Shown here: piece by piece, positions 29,861-40,054 of the stretch
How the letters are laid out: each line of letters begins with the position of its first letter
Numbering within the stretch: position 1 is the stretch's first letter
Assembly: GCA_965219385.1 (NCBI GenBank)
Contig: CBDCNM010000002.1
Span: 964,639 to 1,028,638, forward strand
From: Candidatus Latescibacterota bacterium
GTDB taxonomy: Bacteria; Latescibacterota; UBA2968; UBA8231
Direction of reading: 5' to 3'
Length of the DNA: 64,000 bases
Position numbers and translations under genes: made by a program
Notes under the pieces: generated by a model
Database searches by the model: none
What the model saw: the letters and a program-made list of their open reading frames with translations, nothing else
What the model was told of the DNA's origin: nothing

Positions 29861-30054
29861 AAGGCGTTATCGGCAGAGTCCAGGTCGGGAAAAGACGGAG
29901 ATAATATACGTTAATCCGGTGATTGTGCCCAGTTTTTTGGGGTTTTTCGCCGGTGGCATGGGTCGCCGGACTCAAAGCGGATGGGCGCCTCCCCGCGAGA
30001 TCGCCCCTGTGTTTTCAAAAGCTGCTGATTAAAATGCAAAAAAGGAGAACGGGC

Positions 30055-30972
30055 ATGAGCTGGAACTTCGAACAGGTGGCCGGCCCCTTCGGCTTTACAG
30101 AGGGTCCGGCATGGGACGGCGAGGCCGTGGTGTTTACCGATATTCCCAACAACCGCATCATGCGCTACGATCCGGACCGGGGGGAATGCGTGGAATTCCG
30201 CACCGGGACCAATGAAGGCAACGGCTTGATGTTCGATAAGGATGGCCGCCTGTACTGTTGCGAGGGGGCTGGACGGCGCATGGTGCGGTACGAGGCCGAC
30301 GGCAACACCACGGTCCTGGCGGATCAATTCGAGGGCAAGCGACTCAACAGCCCCAATGACTTGGCTTTTGACCCTGAGGGCAGGCTCTGGTTCACGGATC
30401 CGCGCTACGGGGACAAGACCGACGATCTGGAGCTGGACCACCAGTCCATCTTCCGGCTGGATCCGGCGGCGGACGGTACCTGGGAGATCACCCGCATCAC
30501 CCACGATACCACCAAGCCGAACGGGCTCCTGGTCACGGCCGACCTGAAAAGACTCTACGTGGCCCAGAGCGAGTACGGCGAGGGCAAAAAGCGGGAGTTG
30601 CGCGCCTACCCGATTGAGGCTGACGCCGCGGTCGGGGAGTACCAGGTGCTGCACAACTTCTACCCGCACCGCGGCATCGATGGGATGTGCCTGGATACAG
30701 AGGGCAATATCATCGCCACGGCCGGCTGGGCCCGGAGTGGCCCGGGGCCGATGATCTACGTATTCGCGCCCAGGGGGCGGGTCCTGGAAACCCACCCCCT
30801 GCCGACGGACTTTCCGACCAACTGCACCTTTGGAGATGAGGATCTGCAGACCCTCTATGTCACTGCCGGAGGGTGTTTGTACCGCACTCGCACAGAGCAC
30901 AAAGGCTACCTGATTTTCCCGCCTTCTCAACCTTTCACGCCACTGCGGCCAGGGCCGCAAACAAGGCCTTGA
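30055..30972 (+). CDS. SMP-30/gluconolactonase family protein
   Basis: FTEGPAWD, LNSPND, PNGL, DGMCLD, PTNCTFG; AGGAG RBS. Confidence 0.92.
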   Translation: MSWNFEQVAGPFGFTEGPAWDGEAVVFTDIPNNRIMRYDPDRGECVEFRTGTNEGNGLMFDKDGRLYCCEGAGRRMVRYEADGNTTVLADQFEGKRLNSPNDLAFDPEGRLWFTDPRYGDKTDDLELDHQSIFRLDPAADGTWEITRITHDTTKPNGLLVTADLKRLYVAQSEYGEGKKRELRAYPIEADAAVGEYQVLHNFYPHRGIDGMCLDTEGNIIATAGWARSGPGPMIYVFAPRGRVLETHPLPTDFPTNCTFGDEDLQTLYVTAGGCLYRTRTEHKGYLIFPPSQPFTPLRPGPQTRP

Positions 30973-31885
30973 TATAACCCACCGAATAGGCCAGGCCCTG
31001 CCCGTTGTCGGGGCCGTCGCCTTCCAGGGTGGGGACGTGGTCCGGGTTGAGGCAGCCGTCGTAGCCCACCTTGTGCAATTCCAGCAGGATCTTGAACATG
31101 TTGTTGTCGCCGTCGTCCAGCAGGACCTCCTCAAAGCCGCCGGCCGTGGGCAGGCTGCCGCGCACATTGCGGAAGTGGATCTCGAAGAGGCGGCCCTTGC
31201 GGCCGTAGTTGTGGATCTCGTCCAGGACCAGGGCACTGCCGCCGGCCTCGTGGCGAGTGCCGCAGCAGTAGAGGTAGCCGACATTGGGGCTGGGGAAGGC
31301 GTCGATGAGGCGGTAGAAGTTGAGACCGCCGAGGGGGCTGTCGGGATGAGGGGTGTCCGAGGGGTGGGTCATCAGCTTTACGTTGTACTCTTCGGCGATG
31401 GGCACCAGCTTCTCGTAGACCCGGCACAGGTGCGCCCACCAGGAGTCCAGCTCTTCGAGAGGGGGTGGTCCGGACTTGTCCTCGGCGTGCGCCAGACTCT
31501 CGCCCCGCATGGTGTAGCCGCCTCGGTGCACGGCGTCTAGGTGTTTGCCCATCCAGGGGAAGGTGTCGTTGTGAAAGGCGAGCCGAACCAGGGGCACGCC
31601 AGCCTCGCCGTAGATCTGTACGGCCTTGCCGGCGTCCTCCAGTTCTTTGTCGCCGCCTTCCTGGTCCTGCATGAAGGCCTCGCCCAGGCTGACGCCGACG
31701 CGGTTCAGGCGCAGGCCCCAGGAGTGGACCTTCTTTTTGATTTTGAGGAGTTCGTCCAGATCGGGATAGTTCCCTTCCGGGGATGTGGGCGGGGTGATGC
31801 CATCGATGCAATCGGCGCCCAACTGGGTGACTTTTTTCAAGTACGAATCCGAGAGGTCGTGAGACCAGACAGCTATTCTCATCAT
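30935..31885 (-). CDS. Mannonate dehydratase (UxuA)-like protein
   Basis: LVPIAEEYNVKLMTHPSD, IHFRNVRG, FEE, PDHVP, AYSVGYIKAL. Confidence 0.85.
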   Translation of the reverse strand: MMRIAVWSHDLSDSYLKKVTQLGADCIDGITPPTSPEGNYPDLDELLKIKKKVHSWGLRLNRVGVSLGEAFMQDQEGGDKELEDAGKAVQIYGEAGVPLVRLAFHNDTFPWMGKHLDAVHRGGYTMRGESLAHAEDKSGPPPLEELDSWWAHLCRVYEKLVPIAEEYNVKLMTHPSDTPHPDSPLGGLNFYRLIDAFPSPNVGYLYCCGTRHEAGGSALVLDEIHNYGRKGRLFEIHFRNVRGSLPTAGGFEEVLLDDGDNNMFKILLELHKVGYDGCLNPDHVPTLEGDGPDNGQGLAYSVGYIKALFAALAAVA

Positions 31886-31951
31886 GACCAGGGCTCCTTA
31901 TTATCAGACGGGGTGCAAAGCGGTGGAGTACAACGACCGCCGCCGAAGGGA

Positions 31952-33136
31952 CTAGACCACGACCAGGGCATTCTTTTCGATTTCATCCCAGTCCGGCTCT
32001 TCCACTGGTTCGTCGCCGCAGGCCATGCGCAGGTAGCCGTCTTCGAGGTACGGGGTGCCTTTGCAGGTGAGTTTGGCGTCCGCGGGCAGCGGCCCGAGGC
32101 CGACGCACTCTAAATAAGGATCGTTCTGGATGGCCAGGATCACGTCGTGGTGGCCGCCGTGGACCTGGACCCCGAAGCTTTCACACAGTTGCGCCTGCTT
32201 GATCTGGCCGGTGATGCCCACCCCGCGCTGCCGGGCGATGTCGGTGGCCTGCAGGGCCAGAAAGGCCGAGGTGTTGAAGGGCTGGCCACCAATGGCGCCG
32301 ATCCATTCCAGGGCCAGGATGGGCAGATCCAGGGTCGCGCACAGTTTCTTGAGGCCCATGAAGTCGTAGTCCTGCAGGGGTTCCTCCATCCAGGCGTAGT
32401 TGAGCTTTTCCAGGGCGCGGCCCACCTTCACGGCCTCGCTGTAGGTGTAGTGTTCGACCGCATCGTGCATCAGCACAAAGTCGTCGCCCACGGCGGCGCG
32501 CAATTCGGTGGCCAACTCGATATTGCCCCGGACGCCGCGGTAGGAGTGGTCCTTGGCGCCCTTGAAGCCCTGCTCCTTGGCCCGCACCGCGTCGGCGACC
32601 AGCTCGTCTATGGTGGCCCCGCCGATATTGCGGTAGGCCGGGACCTGGTCGCGGCAACCGCCCAGGAGCTTGTACAGGGGTTGCCGGGTGTAGCGGCTGG
32701 TCAGGTCCCAGAGCATGTTGTCGATCTGGTCGACGATGCCGCGGCCGGTGTAGAAGAAGCGCTGGGTGTACCACAGCCGCTGCCAGATGTATTCGCGGTC
32801 GAAGGCGTCGACTTCAAGCAGCATGGGGGCTAGATCCGCCTTGAACTGTTTGGCCTTCCACTCCAGTTCGTCCTGGTGGAAACCGTTGCCGAAGCCGGAG
32901 TAGGCATCCAGATCGCCGTCGGTGACCAGGCGCAGCATGGCGGTGTAGGTGGGGTAGAGGGTATCGTCTTTGTACTCGATGATTTCTTCGGGGCGCTGGC
33001 CGCGGAATCCCTGGGAGTGGGTGAAGAGGCCGGAGAGACCGGGCGGCACCTTCTCCATGGTGTTCCGGCTGTTGCGGACCTGGCGGGAAGCCGGTGCGGC
33101 GGCGCTGATGTAGATTCGGGTATCCTTGATCTGCAT
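31952..33136 (-). CDS. Mandelate racemase/enolase-superfamily enzyme
   Basis: DNMLWDL, PLYKLLGG, KDH, LMHD, WMEEP. Confidence 0.88.
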   Translation of the reverse strand: MQIKDTRIYISAAAPASRQVRNSRNTMEKVPPGLSGLFTHSQGFRGQRPEEIIEYKDDTLYPTYTAMLRLVTDGDLDAYSGFGNGFHQDELEWKAKQFKADLAPMLLEVDAFDREYIWQRLWYTQRFFYTGRGIVDQIDNMLWDLTSRYTRQPLYKLLGGCRDQVPAYRNIGGATIDELVADAVRAKEQGFKGAKDHSYRGVRGNIELATELRAAVGDDFVLMHDAVEHYTYSEAVKVGRALEKLNYAWMEEPLQDYDFMGLKKLCATLDLPILALEWIGAIGGQPFNTSAFLALQATDIARQRGVGITGQIKQAQLCESFGVQVHGGHHDVILAIQNDPYLECVGLGPLPADAKLTCKGTPYLEDGYLRMACGDEPVEEPDWDEIEKNALVVV

Positions 33137-33188
33137 GGGAAGGGTGCTCCTGGTATTTTGATCTGGGTGAGAAGCTGCTGCGCCGGGT

Positions 33189-34217
33189 TCAGAGCACGAT
33201 CTCGGTCTGCTTTTCTACTTCGTCCCAGTCCAGCTCCACCCCCAGGCCCGGCCCCGCGGGCACCGGCAGGTGGCCCTCCTGAAGGTCGAGCGGGTTTTTG
33301 ATCAGGGGTTCGCCGCCCTGGGAGCCGATGCGCCAGCCTTCGAAGAAGGTGCAGTTGCGGATGGCGCCGATGACGTGGGCGTGGACAAAGCCGTTCATGG
33401 TTCCGCCGGAGGTGATCTCGCAGCTGACCCCGAAGGCTTCGGCCAGGCGGGCGATCTTGATCATATCGGTGATGCCGCCGCGCCAGGGCACGCTGGCGCG
33501 CACGATGTCCACGGCCTGCTGGGCGATGAGCTGCGAGGTGGAGTAGATGGAGCCGGGCAGGTACTCGGCCGCGGCAATGGGCAGGTCCAGGGCATCGGAG
33601 AGCTTTTTGAGCCCGATCAAATCGTAGTCGCGCAGGGGTTCCTCAAACCAGAAGTAGTCCTGCTCCTGCAGGACCCGGCCCACCCGGATGGCATCGGTGT
33701 AGGTGTAGTTCTGCACGCAGTCGTGCATCAGGTAAAAGTCCGGTCCCACGGCCTGGCGCACGGCCCGGGCGACCTCGATCATGGTATTGACGCCGCGGTA
33801 GCAGTGATCCTTGTAGCCGAAGAAGCCTTCCTCCTTGGCCTGCACCGCGTCCTTTACATAGTCTTCGACCGCGGGCAGATTACCGCCGCTTTTATAACAC
33901 GGGATGCGATCCCTGAAACCGCCGATGAGGCGGAAGACCGGCAGGTTGGCGATCTTGCCCGTCAGGTCCCACAAGGCCACGTCCACATAGCCGCGCACGG
34001 TGTGGGGCAGGTAGTTGAAGCGGTCGCGGCGGACCAGCTCCTGCCACAGGCGTTCCCGGTTCATGGGGTCCTGGTCGATCAGGGCGTCGCTGCAGCTGCT
34101 CTGGATGTGGTGCGCCGCTTGCGGGTCAACGCCCAGGCACCAGCCCTCGACGTCGGAACTGGTGAGGATGCGGAGCAGGCCGATGGGCTGGTGGATCTTG
34201 ATATCGGTGATCTGCAT
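33189..34217 (-). CDS. Mandelate racemase/enolase-superfamily enzyme
   Basis: DVALWDL, KDH, LMHD, WFEEP, PGLGVELD; AAGGAG RBS. Confidence 0.9.
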   Translation of the reverse strand: MQITDIKIHQPIGLLRILTSSDVEGWCLGVDPQAAHHIQSSCSDALIDQDPMNRERLWQELVRRDRFNYLPHTVRGYVDVALWDLTGKIANLPVFRLIGGFRDRIPCYKSGGNLPAVEDYVKDAVQAKEEGFFGYKDHCYRGVNTMIEVARAVRQAVGPDFYLMHDCVQNYTYTDAIRVGRVLQEQDYFWFEEPLRDYDLIGLKKLSDALDLPIAAAEYLPGSIYSTSQLIAQQAVDIVRASVPWRGGITDMIKIARLAEAFGVSCEITSGGTMNGFVHAHVIGAIRNCTFFEGWRIGSQGGEPLIKNPLDLQEGHLPVPAGPGLGVELDWDEVEKQTEIVL

Positions 34218-34390
34218 GGGTGCGTGCTCCTTCTCGAACAGGTAATGCGGCTGGGCCAAATTTGTGCAGGTGCAAGACTGAAGTAAAGGATAGAGCCTGG
34301 CAGAACGTGCGTCAAATTTTTAATTTTTCCCACCGGCAGGGGCGGGCGTTTGTCTGGGTGCGGGGGATGCGATATTATGAGGTAGACCTG

Positions 34391-36406
34391 CTAATCCCCC
34401 ATTTCTTGCAGAAGCCGGGCGATCTCCATTTTCGCGTGCCGCTGGACGGCGGCCACAAAGGTATCGGTGGTGGTACCCTGCAGCCGGGTCTCGAAGCCAT
34501 AGGAGCCAAAGCCGAAAATCAGTTCCTCTTTTGCGTAGCGCTCGGGGCCGTCGAAATAATAGGGGTTGGTGCCGTGCAGGAATTCGGGGATTTCGTTGTT
34601 GTCATCGGGGTAGATGGCCGGGTTGGTCAGGATGACCTGCGGGCCATCGTCGTCCAAGTCCGGGTCTTTGCGGGGCACTTCGTAGTCGCCCAGCCGCACT
34701 TTCTCTTTCAATACCGGCGCCCAGTGCGCTACCTTATAGGTCAATCCCGGCTCGACCCAGTCCTGCAGCTGGCGCCGCACCCGGGTGAACTCGTACCACT
34801 TCTTCAGCTCGGAGAGGTACTCCGGCGGCAGGGAGCTGATGGCCTCGTAGCGGGACTCGTCTCCCCCGGCGCGGATATCGTTGAAGGCCATGAACCAGTT
34901 GAGGTAGTCGCGCGTCCCCCGCGACAGCCGCATCAGGGTGTTGCCGTGGCTCGGGTTGCAGCTGTCGGCGATCACCACGTGGGGCATGTACCGGTTGAGT
35001 TCCAGGACAAAGTCGCGGGTGAAGCCCATGCGGATGCTGTGGAAGAGTTCGTGGCGCACGGTCAGGCGCATGGACTTGTGCGAGGGATTGCGGAAGTAGC
35101 GCACCTCGAATCCGTCCCGCAGGTACTCCTCCAGGGGCTCGACCACCCACTGACGGCCATAGCGGTCGTTGCCCACCACCACGATGGGCCGGCTGGTGCG
35201 GCGGCGGAATTCCCTCAGGAAGCGGAGAAAACCCACGGCCTCGTACGCGATGCGCCTCACCTCCACCAGGTGCTGTCCGTCCAATTCGAACGCTTCCTCC
35301 TCCTGCGGCGGCAACTCCGGCAATTGCGCGAACAGGGCGTAGTGATCCGGGGTGGCGCCCGCCCCTTCTAATTGCCAGTTGTACTCAGTGGAAAAGCGGC
35401 AGTACTCCAGGTCCTTTTGTAGTTTATTATGCAGGTCGAAGCGGCCGGCCCGGGTCTCGGCGCGCAGGTGCTCCAGCTCATCGATGAGGGATTCGATCGG
35501 AGCGGGGCGGGCCAGGTGCCCCAGCAGCAGAGGGGTCAGGTAGACGCCGTCGTGATTCTGCTGATTGACCTGTTCCAGCCAGGCGTTTATCTGTTCGAGG
35601 CGGGGCAGGGCCTCTTCCCTGGAGTGATTTTCCAGGAAAGGCTCGAGCTCTGGGGCCGGAACCGGGCGTCTGAATTGCTGGGTGGCCAGCACCAGATCGG
35701 TCATGTCCAGGATGTGACTCGAGGTGAAGACGTCTCTGTACCGGGTGTAGAGGATGGTTTTGTCGATTTCCGCTTCCTCGCCCTTTTCCTCCCGCAGCTC
35801 GGGAGTTGTTTCCTTTTGATGTTCCCACAGCCGGGTTTCGGCCTCCAGGATCTGGGCCGGGATTAAGCGGGCCTTGCTCTCGGTGATTTCTTCCCGGGCG
35901 ATGCGATCGCACCAGTATTCGAATACCTCTTCTTCAATTTTATTCCGCGTTTCCACCGGCCTGGCCCGCTCTACCTCGGCGGCGAAGGCCGCCGCGCACA
36001 GGGGGACGGAGGTGTGGCCCTCGACGGCGAACTGGTCCAGCCGGCCGCGCGTGGCGAGGGGGATATGGGGCCGGTGTCCCAGGTATGCGTCGAGGAAAGA
36101 AACGGCTTGCTCAGGGGAGTGGGCATGCGTGGCTTCGACGATGGCTTGAATCGCCTCGAGCGCGGCATTGGGGGTTGAGTTGTCCTTGTTTGCCAGGGCG
36201 AGGACCTGCTCCACGATAGCGGCAAAGCGGCCCTTTTGCAGGAGGAAGGCGCGCCAGGCCGGGCTTCCAGTGTGGTGGACCAGGGTGGAAAGGAGCTGGT
36301 GGCTGGCGTGTTCGTAGTGGCCTATGGCGCGTTCGTAGCGGAGGAGGTCCTCCAGGGGTTTGCCGATGTCTTCCCAGGGGATCTTTCTGTTCGGAGGTTG
36401 GGTCAT
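34391..36406 (-). CDS. Hypothetical protein (671 aa)
   Basis: Long ORF with host-like codon usage and a GGAG RBS; no motif recognised. Confidence 0.8.
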   Translation of the reverse strand: MTQPPNRKIPWEDIGKPLEDLLRYERAIGHYEHASHQLLSTLVHHTGSPAWRAFLLQKGRFAAIVEQVLALANKDNSTPNAALEAIQAIVEATHAHSPEQAVSFLDAYLGHRPHIPLATRGRLDQFAVEGHTSVPLCAAAFAAEVERARPVETRNKIEEEVFEYWCDRIAREEITESKARLIPAQILEAETRLWEHQKETTPELREEKGEEAEIDKTILYTRYRDVFTSSHILDMTDLVLATQQFRRPVPAPELEPFLENHSREEALPRLEQINAWLEQVNQQNHDGVYLTPLLLGHLARPAPIESLIDELEHLRAETRAGRFDLHNKLQKDLEYCRFSTEYNWQLEGAGATPDHYALFAQLPELPPQEEEAFELDGQHLVEVRRIAYEAVGFLRFLREFRRRTSRPIVVVGNDRYGRQWVVEPLEEYLRDGFEVRYFRNPSHKSMRLTVRHELFHSIRMGFTRDFVLELNRYMPHVVIADSCNPSHGNTLMRLSRGTRDYLNWFMAFNDIRAGGDESRYEAISSLPPEYLSELKKWYEFTRVRRQLQDWVEPGLTYKVAHWAPVLKEKVRLGDYEVPRKDPDLDDDGPQVILTNPAIYPDDNNEIPEFLHGTNPYYFDGPERYAKEELIFGFGSYGFETRLQGTTTDTFVAAVQRHAKMEIARLLQEMGD

Positions 36407-36528
36407 GTAGGCTACTCCCGCAATTTTGCTGGTGTAGATGTTTTATTTTCTCAAATTAGGAGTACAAAACAAACCATAGACACTATATCCTGGCTCGACT
36501 TTTCGCAAATCGCCTCTCCTGCCGCTTA

Positions 36529-36557
36529 TTGACACTCACCCTATAGTTCTCGATAAT
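36529..36557 (+). promoter_or_regulatory. Putative sigma70 promoter
   Basis: TTGACA-17 bp-GATAAT about 100 bp upstream of 36658. Confidence 0.45.
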
Positions 36558-36657
36558 CAATAAAGCGCGCCATGGCGTAGAAATTCGCGGCTCGAGGCCG
36601 ATTTGCGCCAAGTAGTGATGATTTGAGAAAAACCACTGCAAGACAGGAGAGCAAAAA

Positions 36658-37524
36658 ATGGCCGACACCCCTTCTGGCGGATCAACCGTCGGCTTCCCGC
36701 GCATCGACGATCGCGACTGGAGCAAGCTTTCCCTTGGAGAGCGGATCCAGCACCTCGAGGTCGAAGGCTACGTCCTGCTGCCGGACCTGCTCGACCAGGA
36801 CCACATTGCGCGGATCAAGGCGCAGGTCGCGACCTTCGAGACCACCCACGTGGACTACAGCGTGCACCAGCGGGGCAAGTCGAGCGTCCAGTTCGCCGGC
36901 GGGCCCGTCACCGAGTTGATCGCCTTTCCGCCCATGATCGAGTTCCTCGAGACCCTGTGCGGCGAGGTGGTGCTGATGTCGTGCGACTACGGCCGCTCCG
37001 AGCCGGGGCACCCGGGCATCAGCCTGCACTGCGACGGCCAGCCCTGGGGCTCCAGGATCTTTCCCAGCGAGTACACCTGCCCCAAGCTGGTCCGCGCACT
37101 CTACCACCTGGACGATCTGATCCCCGAGGTCTCGCCCTTCCGGGTGGTGCCGCGGACCCACCTGAGTTACCACAACCAGGCCAATCCCTACCTGCGCTAC
37201 GAGGAGCACCCCGAGGAGGTGATGGTGACCTGCAAGGCCGGCGCGGCCGTGGTCTTCAACCACAACCTCTTCCACGGCAACTACCCGAATGTGGGCACCT
37301 ACGCGCGAGAGTCGATACAACTCTCGTACCGGCCCACGTGGGCTGGACCTGCCGGCGAAGTGGAGCCGTGGGATCCGGAGGAGGTCGCCAGATGCCCCGC
37401 GGCCGTGCGCGCCTTGATGGGGGATCGAGGCGCCCGCATCTGGGCGTACGAAGGCGGCAACAAACCGCCCAATATGCCGCGCCAGGCACCCGGCATAAAC
37501 CCCAGCCGCTGGGACCTCGAATAG
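36658..37524 (+). CDS. Phytanoyl-CoA dioxygenase family protein
   Basis: LHCD, VVPRTH, FNHNLFHG...R. Confidence 0.88.
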   Translation: MADTPSGGSTVGFPRIDDRDWSKLSLGERIQHLEVEGYVLLPDLLDQDHIARIKAQVATFETTHVDYSVHQRGKSSVQFAGGPVTELIAFPPMIEFLETLCGEVVLMSCDYGRSEPGHPGISLHCDGQPWGSRIFPSEYTCPKLVRALYHLDDLIPEVSPFRVVPRTHLSYHNQANPYLRYEEHPEEVMVTCKAGAAVVFNHNLFHGNYPNVGTYARESIQLSYRPTWAGPAGEVEPWDPEEVARCPAAVRALMGDRGARIWAYEGGNKPPNMPRQAPGINPSRWDLE

Positions 37525-37571
37525 AATCTTCCAGGCGCTTCGAAATCTGGGTGTAGTCGCGCCTCGTCATT

Positions 37572-38195
37572 TTATGCGGCCGGCAGGACCTGGCGCCGCA
37601 CCCCCAGCCAGGTCCTGCGCCCCCCCGAGCGGGTTTCGCTGGAAGGATCGTAGCCCAGCTCGCGGGTGGCCTGGCCCAGGGTGATCATGCGCAGGCCCAG
37701 GCGTGCGAACATCCGCAGGATGCCGGGACTGTCGCTGAACCAGTCGCTGCGGTTGGCGCCCATCAGGATGGCAATTTTGCCCGCGGCGCGGGCCCGGTCC
37801 AGGTCCGCGGCCGTGCGCACCAGCAGGACCCGGTCGGGACAGACCTCGACATTCAGCAAAAAGCGGTCGAGCCCGCCCAGGACCAACTGGGTGGCGTTTT
37901 TGATGGCCAGGCTCAGAAAGATAGCCTCGCGGTCGCGGCCGGGGCGGCGCGTCGGGTCCGCTTGCCACAGAGCTTTGTAGTTGTCGTCGTAGTGCGCGGC
38001 GCCGCCTTTGCACATCACCACGCTCAGGCCCCAGTCCTTGAACTTGGGGAAATCTCCGCGGCAGGTGGTGGGATCGCGCCGGCCCAGGTCGATGTCGTCG
38101 AGCAGAAAGCGAGGGTGGGTCAGGTTGAGGCCGAGCATATCGCAGATGGGGTGGGCGCGGTGGAACCAGCGGACCCGCTCAGAAGGATATTCCAC
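37572..38195 (-). pseudogene. Truncated membrane dipeptidase (M19)-like gene
   Basis: AAGKIAILMG...LGLRMITL...SGGR, then an abrupt end at 207 aa. Confidence 0.65.
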
Positions 38196-38326
38196 GGTTT
38201 TTCCTTTGAGTGAAGCCCTGTGAAAAAATCCGATTTGGACTTGGAGCGATCTTGTCGTAAGTTGGAAAAAGTATAAGAAGATTGCCCAGTGGGAACAATG
38301 CAGTAGAACACGGAGGATGCTTCTTT

Positions 38327-39156
38327 ATGAAACTCAAGGTGGCCACATGCCAGTTTCCGGTGGAAGCGGATAGAAACGCCGCGGCGCCCACGTCGCGCAT
38401 TTTTCGGAAGTGTGTCTCCCCGGGTACGCAGGGGTGGACATCAAATCCATGCAGGGGTTTGACTGGGATCGGCTCCAGGAGGCCCACCAGCAGGTGGTGG
38501 ATCTGGCCAGGGAATTGAAGCTGGGTGGGTTCGTGGGTTCGGCGCACCGGTTGTCGGGCCGCCACAAGCCGCACAACAGCCTCTACATCATCAACGACAA
38601 GGGCCGCCTGGTCGACCGCTACGACAAGATGTTTTGCGTGGGGGACCGCAGCGGCAAGACCAGCGACCTGGCGCCCTATAGTCCCGGCTCGCACTTTGCC
38701 GTATTCGAGATCAAGGGGGTGCGCTGCGGCGCCCTGATCTGCCACGACTTTCGCTACGACGAGTTGTACCGAGAGTACAAGAAGCGCGGCGTGGAGTTGA
38801 TGTTTCACTCCTACCACGCCGCGCGGGTGTCTCCGGCCAAACACCGGCGCTACAATATCTGGGGCACCATCGTGCCGCCGACCATGCAGACCTATGCGGC
38901 CAACAACTACATGTGGATCAGCTCCAACAACAGCTCCACTCCGATGTCGTCGTGGCCTAGTTTTTTCGTGCGTCCCGACGGGATCATCACCGGCAAACTC
39001 GCCAACAACCGCTCCGGCGTCCTGCTGAGCACGGTGGATACCAGAGCAAAGTTCTACGATGCCTCGGTGGATTGGCGAGACCGGGCCATACGGGGAATAT
39101 ACCACAGCGGCAAGCTGGTGCGCGATTCTCGCAGTGCGCGGCGCACGGCGTTCTGA
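38327..39156 (+). pseudogene. Carbon-nitrogen hydrolase with an N-terminal deletion/frameshift
   Basis: MKLKVATCQFPV in one frame; AHFSEVCLPGY, RYDKMF and LICHDFRY in another. Confidence 0.8.
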
Positions 39157-39159
39157 AAG

Positions 39160-40038
39160 GTGGGCATGGCAGACGGTTCCGGTGGATCGATGGACATTCG
39201 CGGCGCTGTTTTCATGGACCTGGATGGCACCCTGCTGACCAGCGACTCGACCATCAGTGCGGCAAACCAGGAGGCTCTGCAATCGGTGCGGGCGCAAGGT
39301 TATGTCCGCGTTGCGGTGACGGGCCGGTCGCTCTACTCCGCCGATCACGTGCTCACCGAGGTTGCGCCGCTGGACTATCTGGCCGTGTCATCGGGCGCTG
39401 CAACATTCGACTGGAGAACGCGAGAACTCCTGCTGTCCCACGAAATCTCCTCCCACGACACCGAGCGCGGGATTGAAATATTGCTCTCGCTGGGCATGGA
39501 CTTCATGGTGCACGATCCCGTGCCCGACAATCATTGCTTTGCCTACTGTAAATGCGATTCCGTCCCCAATCCCGATTTCGAGAAGCGCAAGCAGAGGTAC
39601 CAGCGCTACGCGCGCGCGCTCGACGAAAGCGGATCGATCAGCGGCCCGGCGACGCAATTCCTGGTCGTCAGCCCGCCGCACAACGAGGCGGGCGAGCTAC
39701 ACGAGCACCTGGTCCGTCTTTTCGATGGTTTCACCGTGGTGCGCACCACGTCGCCGCTGGACCCCAACTCGACGTGGTTTGAGATCTTTCCCAGCGGTGT
39801 ATCCAAAGGGGGCGCCGCCGAGTGGATCCGCGACCAGTATGGTCTGGCCAGAGAGCGTTGCCTGGCCATTGGCAACGACTACAACGACCTCTCACTGCTG
39901 GAATGGTGCGGCCATTCTTTCGTAGTCGACAACGCCCCAGCAGCGCTCAAAAACCGCTTTGCGACCGTTCCCAGCAACGACGAGGACGGGGTTTCAAGGG
40001 CGGTCGAGCGCTGGCTCGATACCCTGGAGTCGCAATGA
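39160..40038 (+). CDS. Cof-type HAD-IIB hydrolase
   Basis: DLDGTLL, TGRS, VSKG, GNDYND. Confidence 0.9.
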   Translation: MGMADGSGGSMDIRGAVFMDLDGTLLTSDSTISAANQEALQSVRAQGYVRVAVTGRSLYSADHVLTEVAPLDYLAVSSGAATFDWRTRELLLSHEISSHDTERGIEILLSLGMDFMVHDPVPDNHCFAYCKCDSVPNPDFEKRKQRYQRYARALDESGSISGPATQFLVVSPPHNEAGELHEHLVRLFDGFTVVRTTSPLDPNSTWFEIFPSGVSKGGAAEWIRDQYGLARERCLAIGNDYNDLSLLEWCGHSFVVDNAPAALKNRFATVPSNDEDGVSRAVERWLDTLESQ

Positions 40039-40054
40039 GACGAGTCTCTCCGCA

